Assembly (NCBI RefSeq): GCF_055900595.2
Contig: NZ_CM148325.1
Direction: 5' to 3' (one strand)
DNA length: 64,000 bases
Shown: positions 40,786 to 50,616 of the stretch, piece after piece
How the letters are laid out: every line of letters begins with the position of its first letter
Position numbering within the stretch: position 1 is the first letter of the stretch
Notes under the pieces: generated by a model
Seen by the model: the letters and a program-made list of their open reading frames with translations, nothing else
Told to the model about the DNA's origin: nothing
Database searches by the model: none
Position numbers and translations under genes: made by a program

Positions 40786-41430
40786 TCAGCCGGCGCGCAG
40801 ATCGGCTTCGGTGAAGGTATATTCGTTGATGAGAAGGGCCTCATCCACAGCGGTGTCTGAGGTCAGCCAGTCGTACTTGTTTTCCAGCTGGCGGTACAGC
40901 CAGAAGGCCAGGTCGCGCAGGGCTTCGCTGACAGCGGCTTCCGCATCGGTTGTCATTGCCTGACCAGTCGGACTGTTCCGGGTGACGGTGATATCCATGC
41001 TGTACGGATGGCAGTAACGTCCCCGGTGACTGATTTCAGCCTGAAGCTGCCAGAAGTTACGTTTCTGCACCGCATGCAGGGTATCCGCGATACGATGAAG
41101 CTCACGGTCCTGAGGGGCATATTCCCTGATTTTCCGGGGTGTCGCTGGCTGCCAGTGCCAGTGCCCTTCAAAACAGGCTCCGTCCCCCTGGCTGCAGAAT
41201 CCGCTGAACCAGATGCACGGCTCTTCCATAAACCTGCCGTTGCTGAGCCGGAAAACGCGCTGGCGGAGGTCAATTCCGAAAATGCCACAGACCTCCCTGA
41301 AGTCCTCATACACGTTTTCATACCAGTTGCTGTCAGCATGATGCTGACGGTACCAGTCGCGGGCTTTTTCCTGTGCGGTGGAGGATAGCTCATGCAGTGT
41401 ATACACGGTGGTGGTGATAATTCTGCTCAT
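40786..41430 (-). CDS. Hypothetical protein inserted between yeeT-like and cbeA
   Basis: 214-aa ORF with no motif I can assign; lies where canonical CP4-44 has yeeT directly followed by yeeU. Confidence 0.45.
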   Translation of the reverse strand: MSRIITTTVYTLHELSSTAQEKARDWYRQHHADSNWYENVYEDFREVCGIFGIDLRQRVFRLSNGRFMEEPCIWFSGFCSQGDGACFEGHWHWQPATPRKIREYAPQDRELHRIADTLHAVQKRNFWQLQAEISHRGRYCHPYSMDITVTRNSPTGQAMTTDAEAAVSEALRDLAFWLYRQLENKYDWLTSDTAVDEALLINEYTFTEADLRAG

Positions 41431-41448
41431 CAGAATGCCCTTACTGAC

Positions 41449-41670
41449 TCAGTTCAGAGTGACGCTCATCAGCCGGACATACGGGCCAAAACTGTCCTTA
41501 CGGCGTTCAGCAAATACGGCCAGCACACCGGGAATATCCTGCACTTCACGACCGGTATACGTTTCAGTGCTGCCGTGCCAGCGGTATTTGCCGGTACAGA
41601 ACGGAAAAAGACGGGATGCAGGATGCTGTTGGTGAATACGCATGGCTTCACCACGGGTGATGATTTTCAT
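41449..41670 (-). CDS. yeeT: YeeT-like protein (DUF987)
   Basis: 73 aa, MKIITRGEAMRIHQQHP...; matches recalled YeeT. Confidence 0.7.
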   Translation of the reverse strand: MKIITRGEAMRIHQQHPASRLFPFCTGKYRWHGSTETYTGREVQDIPGVLAVFAERRKDSFGPYVRLMSVTLN

Positions 41671-41732
41671 AATGGGATACCTCTGAAGACAGAAGATAAA
41701 AGTGAAAACAGGTGTGATGTGGTTGTGACGGG

Positions 41733-42209
41733 TTAAAGCAGACCATGTTCGGCAAAGGAGAAAACCTGGCTGCCACCGACTATCAGATGGTCCGGCACCC
41801 GGATATCCACCAGGCCCAGTGCCTGTACCAGACGTTCCGTGATAAGCCGGTCTGCCTTGCTGGGTGTGACTTCACCGGACGGGTGATTGTGCGCCAGTAC
41901 CACGGCAGCGGCATTGTGGTACAGGGCGCGTTTAATCACTTCCCGGGGATGGACTTCCGTGCGGTTGATGGTGCCGGTGAAGAGGGTTTCACCGGCAATC
42001 AGCTGATTCTGGTTATTCAGATACAGCACCCGGAACTCTTCACGCTCCAGTCCCGCCATGTTCAGAATCAGCCATTCCCGTGCCGCACGGGTGGAGGTGA
42101 AGGCCACACCGGGTTCATGAAGATGGCGGTCCAGGGTTTTCAGAGCCCGCAGAATGAGACTGCGCTCGCCGGGCGTCATTTCTCCGGGCAGAAAGGAAAG
42201 CTGCTGCAT
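41733..42209 (-). CDS. yeeS: RadC-like JAB-domain protein (YeeS-like)
   Basis: JAMM/JAB metal-binding motif HNHPSGEVTPSKAD; start set at MQQLSF. Confidence 0.75.
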   Translation of the reverse strand: MQQLSFLPGEMTPGERSLILRALKTLDRHLHEPGVAFTSTRAAREWLILNMAGLEREEFRVLYLNNQNQLIAGETLFTGTINRTEVHPREVIKRALYHNAAAVVLAHNHPSGEVTPSKADRLITERLVQALGLVDIRVPDHLIVGGSQVFSFAEHGLL

Positions 42210-42224
42210 TGTCCCTGCCTCCAT

Positions 42225-42710
42225 TCAGTCGATGATGCGCATAATGGCGCTGCATTCCGGATGCTGCAGGGCGTAATCCCGCAGCCGGTAATAATGGACC
42301 GTCATGGCATAACACTCCGTACGACAGGCGTGATGACTGTACGTCATCAGACAGGCAGCAATGCCAGCGGCTTCCGGGCTCATTTCAGCGCGGTTGCCGT
42401 TCATGGCATTGAACAGTACCCATGTTTCGTCATCATCGTCATCCGGTTCGGGGGCCATAAATGCCCCGCCGTTGTTCAGGGTGTACAGATTCCAGATACC
42501 ACCGCAGTAGTCTTCGCACAGACGGTCCATCCAGCCGAAAACACGGGGCTCCAGGGCCACCCACTGTGGAATGAGGCCAAAATGCTGCGGCCAGAAGCTG
42601 ATGCGCTGTTCATCAGGGACTATGGTGGCAACCAACTGAGGCTGGTCATTCCCTGATGCAGCGGTTACGGAAACAGAAGATGTGGTGGAATTATGTGAAA
42701 TGGTTTTCAT
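42225..42710 (-). CDS. Antirestriction protein (KlcA/ArdB-like; YfjX/YafX family)
   Basis: 161 aa with an acidic stretch (PEPDDDDDETW); position upstream of the radC-like gene as in CP4-type islands. Confidence 0.55.
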   Translation of the reverse strand: MKTISHNSTTSSVSVTAASGNDQPQLVATIVPDEQRISFWPQHFGLIPQWVALEPRVFGWMDRLCEDYCGGIWNLYTLNNGGAFMAPEPDDDDDETWVLFNAMNGNRAEMSPEAAGIAACLMTYSHHACRTECYAMTVHYYRLRDYALQHPECSAIMRIID

Positions 42711-42764
42711 GAAATGACTCCTTAAAGGACAAATAAATGCGTGGTTTTCAGGGTAATGGCTGAA

Positions 42765-43583
42765 TCAGCGCAGGCTCTCCAGCAGGGTTTCCGCCATCAC
42801 CCACAATGCGCGGTTGAGCTTAATGTCAGTGTCAATGCTGTGAATGGCACGGGTATGGATACGTTTTCCTTTAGCGCTGCGACCTGAAATTCCGCCTTTC
42901 AGCATATTCTCCTGAATGGTCTGATAAGCACTCCACAGGTCCTTACCGTAATCCTCCCGGCGTCGTGGCGTCAGAATGTCGGCGGTGGTGACGGGCTGAT
43001 GTTCGTCACCATAACGGTAAGTCAGTGCCGCCTGTGCCAGCGCCTGGCGTACCGGTGGCGGCAGAATCAGCGACTGCATGGCATCACGCTTTTCCTCAAT
43101 CCGGTCAAACACGCCCACTACCTCGTAAGCCCCTTCAATGACTCTGTCCACCACATTTCCCCGGTGCGGAACACGCACTTCCCCCAGAGACTGACCACAG
43201 ACGCACCCGTTCTGGCAGACGAACCTGAAGTAACCCGGCAGCATCTGGTAGCTGGAGGTACCGTCATGAGAGTTGAGCAGAATAATTTCAGGGACATGTT
43301 CTCCGTTTATCTCTCCGGCCCGCCGCAGACGCAGCATGTGTTTTGTGTATCCCCGGCGGCCCGGGTCGCGCACACGGGTCTGGCAGGCGAAGAATGGCTG
43401 AAAGCCTTCCCGCTGCAGGCTTTCCAGTACGGTGATGGTGGGGATGTACGTATAGTTCTGGCTTCGGGACGTGTGTTTATCTTCCCCGAAAATCCCCGGC
43501 ACATAGTGCATCAGTTCTTCGTGTGTCAGCGGACGGTCACGGCGTATCTGGTTCGCATAACCAAAACGACTGGCTAGTCGCAT
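42765..43583 (-). CDS. DUF932-like protein (YafZ/YfjQ family)
   Basis: 272-aa ORF; conserved island gene order. Family assignment is by recall only. Confidence 0.5.
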   Translation of the reverse strand: MRLASRFGYANQIRRDRPLTHEELMHYVPGIFGEDKHTSRSQNYTYIPTITVLESLQREGFQPFFACQTRVRDPGRRGYTKHMLRLRRAGEINGEHVPEIILLNSHDGTSSYQMLPGYFRFVCQNGCVCGQSLGEVRVPHRGNVVDRVIEGAYEVVGVFDRIEEKRDAMQSLILPPPVRQALAQAALTYRYGDEHQPVTTADILTPRRREDYGKDLWSAYQTIQENMLKGGISGRSAKGKRIHTRAIHSIDTDIKLNRALWVMAETLLESLR

Positions 43584-43628
43584 AATTTGCTCCTTATCGG
43601 TGGTTAAGATTTACTGGTGTAATAAATG

Positions 43629-43660
43629 AAAAAAGCCGCGTCTCCCGGAGAAGACGCGGC
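43629..43660 (-). terminator. Rho-independent terminator-like hairpin (minus-strand sense)
   Basis: Perfect stem gccgcgtct/agacgcggc with an 8-nt loop, followed on the minus strand by a T-run (plus-strand aaaaaa). Confidence 0.5.
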
Positions 43661-43683
43661 CTGATGGATGAAATCAATGAGGT

Positions 43684-43917
43684 TTATTGTCTGAGAAGCC
43701 CTCCACTGGCGAGCCACGCATTAAGCTGTTTTCCGGCATCAGCTTCAGAGTTCCGGCAGCGCCAGCGTCGCTGACCTTCCGCGTTGCGGATAACCCGACG
43801 GAAATGCATTCCCGGGTCATCCTGGATAAACACATTGCGGTAAGCGGTTATGACAGCAACCGCCTGCCCGTATGAGAAAGATCCTTCAGCCAGGACATAC
43901 TCTGTGTAACCCAGCAT
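43684..43917 (-). CDS. Small hypothetical protein (possibly DUF905/YkfF-like)
   Basis: 77-aa ORF followed by the terminator hairpin above. Confidence 0.4.
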   Translation of the reverse strand: MLGYTEYVLAEGSFSYGQAVAVITAYRNVFIQDDPGMHFRRVIRNAEGQRRWRCRNSEADAGKQLNAWLASGGLLRQ

Positions 43918-43995
43918 ATCTGTTTTCTCCTGATAAATAAAAAGCCTCTGCCACGCGTTGTGACAGAGGCTGAAGCATGAAACTGACTTCAGGGA

Positions 43996-44451
43996 TCAGT
44001 TAACGTTTTTTCCGGAAACGGTAATCAGCAGTGGATGGTAGTCCTGGGGATCGAAAACCGATAACGGCAGACTGACACGATGGCCGTTACTTTCTTCAGT
44101 TGCTTTAATGATTTCGGTTGTGGCGACATTTTCCACGCACTCCGTTTCCAGAAATGCGTCTGTGGTTCGCGTGGCATTACTGTCACCAAAGGCTTCCGTT
44201 TCCATTTTTCTGGTCACCAGCGTCTGACCATATTTGTCTTTGAGTTGCAGAGTGATGGTGAGGGGGCCAAATCCTTCATCGTTTCCGCCATTATCCAGCC
44301 GGAACTGGTAAGCACAAATATTTCCCGGGAGCCATATCGTATCTGTATTGCGTATACTGATGTAACGTTGATCCTGTGCCCGGAGTGGGGCAGACCACGT
44401 TAACCCCAGAATGAAGGCGGTAATCATGCAGGTTTTGAACAGGTGAATCAT
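43996..44451 (-). CDS. Exported hypothetical protein
   Basis: 151 aa with an N-terminal signal peptide (ITAFILGLTWSAPLRAQDQ). Confidence 0.5.
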   Translation of the reverse strand: MIHLFKTCMITAFILGLTWSAPLRAQDQRYISIRNTDTIWLPGNICAYQFRLDNGGNDEGFGPLTITLQLKDKYGQTLVTRKMETEAFGDSNATRTTDAFLETECVENVATTEIIKATEESNGHRVSLPLSVFDPQDYHPLLITVSGKNVN

Positions 44452-44526
44452 GGTATTTACCTCTCTGAGTCATGACGATGACACTGACAAATCAGGTGAT
44501 AAAACGTAAAAGGCGCAGAATAGCCG

Positions 44527-47049
44527 TTATGCCGGTAACTCCGGGGGTAATGTTTCTTCCAGTCGGTTAACCATATTGCCGAGATGGGATGCATCATATT
44601 CCATGACGGGGCGTTGCCTGATGATACTGACCACCAGTGGTTTGATTAACATGTTGGTCGCGGCCCGTTGTTGTATACCGGCGGCGAAAATGATCTCCAG
44701 AGCATTCTGATCGATAACACGGGCCAGATTCGCGTTCAGATTTTCAATCTCATGTCCGGTCAGCAGGAAACTGCCGGCAAGCCATGTCATCTGCTCCTGA
44801 ATCATTGCCAGAATTTTGACGCGATCTTCTTCAACCAGCGCTCCGGCAATTTTTCCTGATACAGCGGAGGCAATCATTCCCCCCAGAACACCGCCAACCA
44901 CACGCCCTGTCAGTGCACCAAATGGTCCCAGTGGACTGAACAATATCCCGCCCGCCACTGACCCGACAGCACCACCTGCCACACAGGAAGATGCCACGGC
45001 AAGATTCCTGATGAACTGCGCACCGGAGATCCGTCCCCGCAACATTTTGATCATGTCAGGGCCGGTTGTGACAGCTACCAGTGCCAGAGATGTCACCAGC
45101 GAACCCTTCATCACTTTGTTCAGGGCACTGATATTTCCTGCACCGGTCCCCTTCTGAAGCGCCTGCCGGACAGTCGGGCTGGCCGTCGAAAAATCAATAT
45201 GCTTCAGCATACCCTGAACAACACTGAGCCGGTGAAGTTGCTGGGTTGTGACGTAGACAGCCAGTGTGCGGGTGAAGGTTTTTCCTGCCTGGACAGCAGC
45301 TGTCTGCAGGGCAGCATCGCGATCGCCGGTGCTGAGCCAGAAGACCGATGCCGTCAGGGCAAAACTGATCCCTCCGGTCGCCAGACTGACAACCGACCCC
45401 TCGGCAATATCATAAGTGACCGATTCGATGGTCCCGAACCGGGTGATATTACGGGCCTGGGTATAAGTCAGATGTCCCCGACGAATCAGCCGGGACGCTT
45501 CTGCGGGATCGGTTACACCGGGTACTTTACCTTCGCGGATCTTATTCTTCATGGTTTCCACAGCGCCGGCATACTGATCACGGGGGACTTCCAGTTGCAT
45601 GGGACCATGATTTCCCATGTAACGATACTGTCCGTTTTGTCCGTCGAATGCCGCACCGACGCTACGGGCTGCAGTTGAACAATATTTCGTCTGGATTTCT
45701 GTTCCGCTGACCAGTCTGTCTGCTCCATTTCTGGCATTATTATCACCGAGGATCCGTGCGTTTTTCAGACGGACTCTGTCGACAATATGGTTTCCCCGTT
45801 CAGCGGCAAACCCATGTCCCTGCCCTCCGGAAGCAAACATTTTCTCATTTGTACTCCAGGTTTCCGGCAGTTTCATGAGAATCAGACCATTCGCCGTTGC
45901 ATCGGAAATAAAACCGGTGTAAGAACGTTCATAAATGTCCTGACACAGTGTTTCTGTTTCGCGACAAAGAGAGGAGCAGTACCATTCCGGATCCGGCTTA
46001 TGATTTTCCGGGGCATGATGTACTTCTGTCAGCCCGCAGGAGGCACAGATACGAAGCTCATCCACGTGGTGGAATGATACAAAACGGCGGCCTTCTGAAA
46101 AGGGGTACCAGTCACCGCCGTCCAGGCAACGATCGAGAAAATCGTCATTCGCTTCCGGTGATAAATTCAGGCGGTTCCGGAAGAGGGTTTTCAGTTCATC
46201 AGGGGTAAATGACAGGCTCTCTCTCAGCTTTTCGTTGAAACCCGCCATGTTTCTTTCATACCAGGCATTGTCCAGTAGCCAGTTTCCGTCTGCCAGTTCA
46301 AATTCCCTCAGTTCTCCCCGGGAAATCCGTTGTGAAATGAGTGTCAGCCAGATGCGCTCCGTCAGCGTTTCAGGAAGGCTGTAATCGTTTTGCAAACTGC
46401 TCAGCCACGATTTACTGTTGAGCACCGGTTGTTCTTCCAGTGTCTGGCGGATGGCACTGGTCAGTCTTTTCAGCGCCTGGATCTGGCTGGCCGCCCATAG
46501 CAGCGTCACTAATGCAGCCAGCCAGTACAACAACCCGCCCCACCACATCAGTGAGGGTGAAATATCGAACTGCAATGCGATCAATGGTGCGTATGCAGAA
46601 CACGCCATAAGGAAAAAAGCAGTATAAAAACAGCAGTAATACCCGTTAATTTCCTTGCTGATATCTTCAGGTGTGAGCCCGCTCTGCTGAATGGTTCTTA
46701 TCTGCACGGGAAGAGCCAGCAGACCAGCGGCGAGAGCGGTGGTCAGAATAAATTTTACAGAGTCAAAAGTATGAGCCTCCAGTGCGATATGTTTACCATC
46801 AAGTCCCCACATGAAGCTGATGATCATTCCGGCAATCGTCAGAAATACGCCTGCCAGCCAGCGAATATGGAATAACCGGGTTATGCGTTCAGTGATATAG
46901 CCAGCCAGTAAAGCCGGACCGAACAGACACAGCAATATGAACCCTGCCAGCGCAGACGCTGTGCTGGTTAATGCTCTGAACAAAAGGCGAAGAATGGCAA
47001 ATCCTGCGATCAGCAGAATCAGCGCGCCGACTATCTGTAACATAGTCAC
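44527..47049 (-). CDS. Large polytopic membrane protein (YeeR-like), downstream of Ag43
   Basis: 840 aa with multiple TM segments at both ends and a central soluble domain with Cys clusters (CASCGLTEVHH...CSSLC). Family call by position only. Confidence 0.55.
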   Translation of the reverse strand: MTMLQIVGALILLIAGFAILRLLFRALTSTASALAGFILLCLFGPALLAGYITERITRLFHIRWLAGVFLTIAGMIISFMWGLDGKHIALEAHTFDSVKFILTTALAAGLLALPVQIRTIQQSGLTPEDISKEINGYYCCFYTAFFLMACSAYAPLIALQFDISPSLMWWGGLLYWLAALVTLLWAASQIQALKRLTSAIRQTLEEQPVLNSKSWLSSLQNDYSLPETLTERIWLTLISQRISRGELREFELADGNWLLDNAWYERNMAGFNEKLRESLSFTPDELKTLFRNRLNLSPEANDDFLDRCLDGGDWYPFSEGRRFVSFHHVDELRICASCGLTEVHHAPENHKPDPEWYCSSLCRETETLCQDIYERSYTGFISDATANGLILMKLPETWSTNEKMFASGGQGHGFAAERGNHIVDRVRLKNARILGDNNARNGADRLVSGTEIQTKYCSTAARSVGAAFDGQNGQYRYMGNHGPMQLEVPRDQYAGAVETMKNKIREGKVPGVTDPAEASRLIRRGHLTYTQARNITRFGTIESVTYDIAEGSVVSLATGGISFALTASVFWLSTGDRDAALQTAAVQAGKTFTRTLAVYVTTQQLHRLSVVQGMLKHIDFSTASPTVRQALQKGTGAGNISALNKVMKGSLVTSLALVAVTTGPDMIKMLRGRISGAQFIRNLAVASSCVAGGAVGSVAGGILFSPLGPFGALTGRVVGGVLGGMIASAVSGKIAGALVEEDRVKILAMIQEQMTWLAGSFLLTGHEIENLNANLARVIDQNALEIIFAAGIQQRAATNMLIKPLVVSIIRQRPVMEYDASHLGNMVNRLEETLPPELPA

Positions 47050-47163
47050 TCCGTGATGAATATCATGTTATTGTGAATGCCAGTGAATGTGGCACTGAAA
47101 CGTTTTCCCCCGTCCGGATCCCGGTCATGATGACCGGGACCACAGAGAGGCAATGCAGAATTA

Positions 47164-50100
47164 TCAGAAGGTCACATTCAGCGTGGCCTGACTGTTATAA
47201 CTTTCAGCGCTGCTGCCGTTGATGCTGTGGGCATAACCGGCCTGAACGCCCAGGGTGATATTTTCCCGGACACGGGCTTCCAGTCCTGCCTGCAGAACCA
47301 GTGAAGTGCCATTCTGTGAGGGTGAGAACGTCATCCCGCTGCCTGCGGTGGAGGTCCCCACACGCATATCACCCCGGGAGCTGAAGGTGCGGATAACAGA
47401 AGGCTGTACCCACCAGTTCACCGGTAATTCACTCACACTGTGTTTTGCACTGTCACGCAGGGGGGCACGGGATGAGGTGCCTTCACCAAAGGTCATATCG
47501 TTGTGGCTGCCCAGACGGAAACCGGCACGCACATGTTGTGCACTGCCATGCCCGAACTTCACATAACCGGCGTTGTCCTTACCGTCATCCAGCGAAAGCC
47601 CCTGCCAGGTGTACTGCAGCCGTGGCTCCAGCATCAGGTTGTCAGTGATACTGAAGGGCAGACCGGTTTCCAGTGAGCCCAGCCAGCCCCGGCCCCGTGC
47701 GCGGAAGTCGTTATTGCCCGATGACGCTTTCATACTGTGGCGGGTTCCCTGTGCCACTATGTCAGCCCACAGGCCGGAGGAGGTGTGTGTCAGGTTCATA
47801 TATCCGCCCAGGCTGCCGGCATCATCCCGGACCGTGCCGGCGCGGGAGCCGTCATCATCCTTAACATCAACGGAAGAATGGCCTGCAGCACCATACACTC
47901 CTGTCGTCAGTGACATACCGGCAACCTCTGTTCTCAGCAGGTCACCCTCCAGACGGACGAAGCCATAGCTGCCGCTGCTTTCCGGCGTGGCCCCACGGGC
48001 AATACCGCCGTTGTTATCGTGACCGAGATGGCCGCCCTGAATGCTGAGACGGGCGCTGTTATTTTCACCGTTTACACCGGTCTGATGGCTGCGGGAGCCT
48101 GCCAGAATCCGGTCATAGTCCATTGCCTGTGTCAGCATGGAGGCATACAGGGGGACTTCTGCACGATAAGCATTTTCACTGCGCAGATACCAGCTCTCAT
48201 CACTGTCCCGGTTGAGGGAGTAGTTAAAGGCACCGGCCTGCAGCTTATTCCCCTGGATAAAGGCCCCTTCCTCCGTGGTGGCACCGTTAATGGCTTCCAC
48301 CACCTGAATACCCTTACCGCTGGTCGCCAGCCCCGACGCACTGTTGCCGGCGTTCACCAGGTTCAGGATGGTTTTTCCGGTTGCCCTGCCACCGTCAATG
48401 ACCAGTCTGTCAGCATTGTTCTGTGCCATATCCGGGCGTACACGCAGGCTGATGGTGCCATTCTGTCCGTTCAGGTTTTTCACTTTCAGGGTTGCCGGTA
48501 CGAACTTCCCTGTGCGGGTGGAGGTGAAATGAATCTGTCCGGCATGGCTGAGGTCATCCACCACCGACTGCACCGTGGCGTTATCGGGAATATTCCAGGT
48601 GGCACCAGAGGCGAGAGTGACATTCGTGGGGTCAATGGCACCGTTCAGCACAGTGCTGCCGGTCAGCTTCAGGGCTGTACCGCGCTGAGCGATGACATCC
48701 GTGGTGACGGTACTGTCGTTCAGCGTCAGCGTGCCTTCATTCAGGTTGACGGCTTTCTGGGTGAGTGTGGTGTTGCTGACAGTGAGTGTGCCACTTCCTG
48801 ATTTTTCCACGCTGCCGTTACCGGTGAGAGAGCCTCCCTGCAGGAGTGCATCGCCTTCACGGATGGTCAGGGTATCGTTGTTCACCGTCTTCCCGGAAAG
48901 GGTAAGTATGGCGCCGTTATTCAGCGTGGTGGTGCCCGCCAGTGTGCCGCCCCTGGCGGTGAACAGTCCGCCATTTACCGTGGTATCCGTGGCCGTATCA
49001 CCGGCGTTCAGCGTGAATGAACTGCCTTTTTCCAGCATCAGGGCATCCGCCTGACCGCCTCCGATACTGAATGCCTTTCCGTCGCTCCGGGTACCACTGA
49101 CAGCGGCACCGGAATCGGCCAGCAGTACACCGCCATTTCCCATGGATACGGTGGTGGCGGTGCCACCGTTGCGGACATCCAGCGTTCCGCCATCATCCAC
49201 GCGGGTATTAGTGGCTGTGTGTCCGCTCAGCACATCCAGACGTCCGCCATTTTCCAGTACGACATTATCAGCCTTACCCGCCACAACGGAGAATGCTCCC
49301 AGGCGGTTTGTGCCGGTGACGGTTGCAGCTGTACTGGTAACCAGTGCACCGCCCGTGTTCTGGGTGACATCAGACGCTTCTCCGCCGGCATGAACCTTCA
49401 GCTCGCCGTTCTGATTTATGGTGGTGTTACCGGCAGTACCACCTGCCTTAACAACCTGCCAGCCCCCCTCGTTAATTACCGTGTTCAGCGCAAGTCCGTA
49501 TTTGTGCACATACTGGTTTCCTCCCTCCAGCCGGGTGTTATGTGCCTCTCCGTGTACCGTCTGGTCACCGCCGGCGTAAATGAGGGTGTCCCGTGCCATC
49601 CCCGAAGACCAGATAACCTGCCGGCCATTTTTATTGATGGTGGTGGATTCAGCCGTCCCTCCGACCATCTGACCGCTGGACACATTTTCAGACTCCGGAC
49701 CACCTTCTGCACCGGTGTTGACGATGGTTCCGGTTGCCTGCCCGCCATGTTTAATGGTCTGGTAGCCAGACTGGTTAATCACCGTTCCGGATGCACTGCC
49801 GCCTGCATGTATCCATTGTTCACCACCGTTAAGGACAGTACCGTAAGCCTGCCCGCGCAGATTCTGTCCTCCACCGGCACTGATAACCGTATCCGTGGCA
49901 CTGCCACCTGCCATGACATCCTGCAGACCGTTTGCGGTGACCGTGGTGTTTCTGGCAGTGCCACCCCGGGCTATCTGCTGACCGCCGGTGTTGTCATCAG
50001 AGTCCGGCCCCAGCTCAAGCCCGGTACTGACAGTCACGCCATCAGCTGTTCCGGATACAAACTGGTTGTCATGGTTTACCAGTGTTCCGCCATTCACTGT

Positions 50101-50283
50101 TTCACCCGGGTGCACAACGATGTCAGCAGCCAGCACCGGGAGTGACGTGACTGCGGCAAGAGACAGTGCAACCGCCACACCGCCACGTTTACCCCGTGCG
50201 CGGGCCAGTTCGGAGGCAACCACGAAAGCGCCCGTAATGTGATTCCATACCAGCCTGTAGCAGGTATTCAGATGTCGTTTCAT
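47164..50283 (-). CDS. flu: Antigen 43 (Flu) self-associating autotransporter adhesin
   Basis: Extended signal peptide MKRHLNTCYRLVWNH..., repetitive beta-helical passenger, C-terminal beta-barrel ending ...TLNVTF; matches recalled Ag43. Confidence 0.9.
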   Translation of the reverse strand: MKRHLNTCYRLVWNHITGAFVVASELARARGKRGGVAVALSLAAVTSLPVLAADIVVHPGETVNGGTLVNHDNQFVSGTADGVTVSTGLELGPDSDDNTGGQQIARGGTARNTTVTANGLQDVMAGGSATDTVISAGGGQNLRGQAYGTVLNGGEQWIHAGGSASGTVINQSGYQTIKHGGQATGTIVNTGAEGGPESENVSSGQMVGGTAESTTINKNGRQVIWSSGMARDTLIYAGGDQTVHGEAHNTRLEGGNQYVHKYGLALNTVINEGGWQVVKAGGTAGNTTINQNGELKVHAGGEASDVTQNTGGALVTSTAATVTGTNRLGAFSVVAGKADNVVLENGGRLDVLSGHTATNTRVDDGGTLDVRNGGTATTVSMGNGGVLLADSGAAVSGTRSDGKAFSIGGGQADALMLEKGSSFTLNAGDTATDTTVNGGLFTARGGTLAGTTTLNNGAILTLSGKTVNNDTLTIREGDALLQGGSLTGNGSVEKSGSGTLTVSNTTLTQKAVNLNEGTLTLNDSTVTTDVIAQRGTALKLTGSTVLNGAIDPTNVTLASGATWNIPDNATVQSVVDDLSHAGQIHFTSTRTGKFVPATLKVKNLNGQNGTISLRVRPDMAQNNADRLVIDGGRATGKTILNLVNAGNSASGLATSGKGIQVVEAINGATTEEGAFIQGNKLQAGAFNYSLNRDSDESWYLRSENAYRAEVPLYASMLTQAMDYDRILAGSRSHQTGVNGENNSARLSIQGGHLGHDNNGGIARGATPESSGSYGFVRLEGDLLRTEVAGMSLTTGVYGAAGHSSVDVKDDDGSRAGTVRDDAGSLGGYMNLTHTSSGLWADIVAQGTRHSMKASSGNNDFRARGRGWLGSLETGLPFSITDNLMLEPRLQYTWQGLSLDDGKDNAGYVKFGHGSAQHVRAGFRLGSHNDMTFGEGTSSRAPLRDSAKHSVSELPVNWWVQPSVIRTFSSRGDMRVGTSTAGSGMTFSPSQNGTSLVLQAGLEARVRENITLGVQAGYAHSINGSSAESYNSQATLNVTF

Positions 50284-50469
50284 CAGCATTTCCTTAATCA
50301 GAGTGAGGGTGAATAAAAAAGCCGGTATCCACAGATGTGGATACCGGCAGGTAAAGGATTACAGTGCCGGAGGTCCGGCTGACGGAAGTTTCTGACGTGT
50401 GGCTCTGTTGTTCCCTGAATCTCATGTCTGTGTGTATCTGCGCACGTTGCTAACAGGAGTTATTATTAG

Positions 50470-50515
50470 CATGACGATCGATATAAACGATCGATAAAAT
50501 AAGTATCGATCGTTT
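50470..50515 (-). promoter_or_regulatory. Ag43 phase-variation switch: three GATC (Dam) sites within the OxyR-binding region of the flu leader
   Basis: GATC at 50476, 50489 and 50508 in acgatcgatataaacgatcgataaaataagtatcgatcg, about 190-220 bp upstream of the flu start. Confidence 0.75.
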
Positions 50516-50616
50516 TATTCTATTATCAGGCTATTGCACGGACAAGAGAGACAGTAACGAAAACAGCGCTTTTGTGAGCAGACTCAGAGGCAGGGAGGAC
50601 ATCATCCACAACAGGT

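Noticed and set aside
47116..47134. Palindrome cccggtcatgatgaccggg downstream of flu as a terminator
   Set aside because: No adjacent U-run on the relevant strand, so it was not called as an intrinsic terminator.
47255..50242. Numerous 60-300-aa ORFs on the plus strand across 47.2-50.3 kb
   Set aside because: All lie within the Ag43 gene on the opposite strand; repetitive GC-rich passenger-domain sequence generates long spurious frames.
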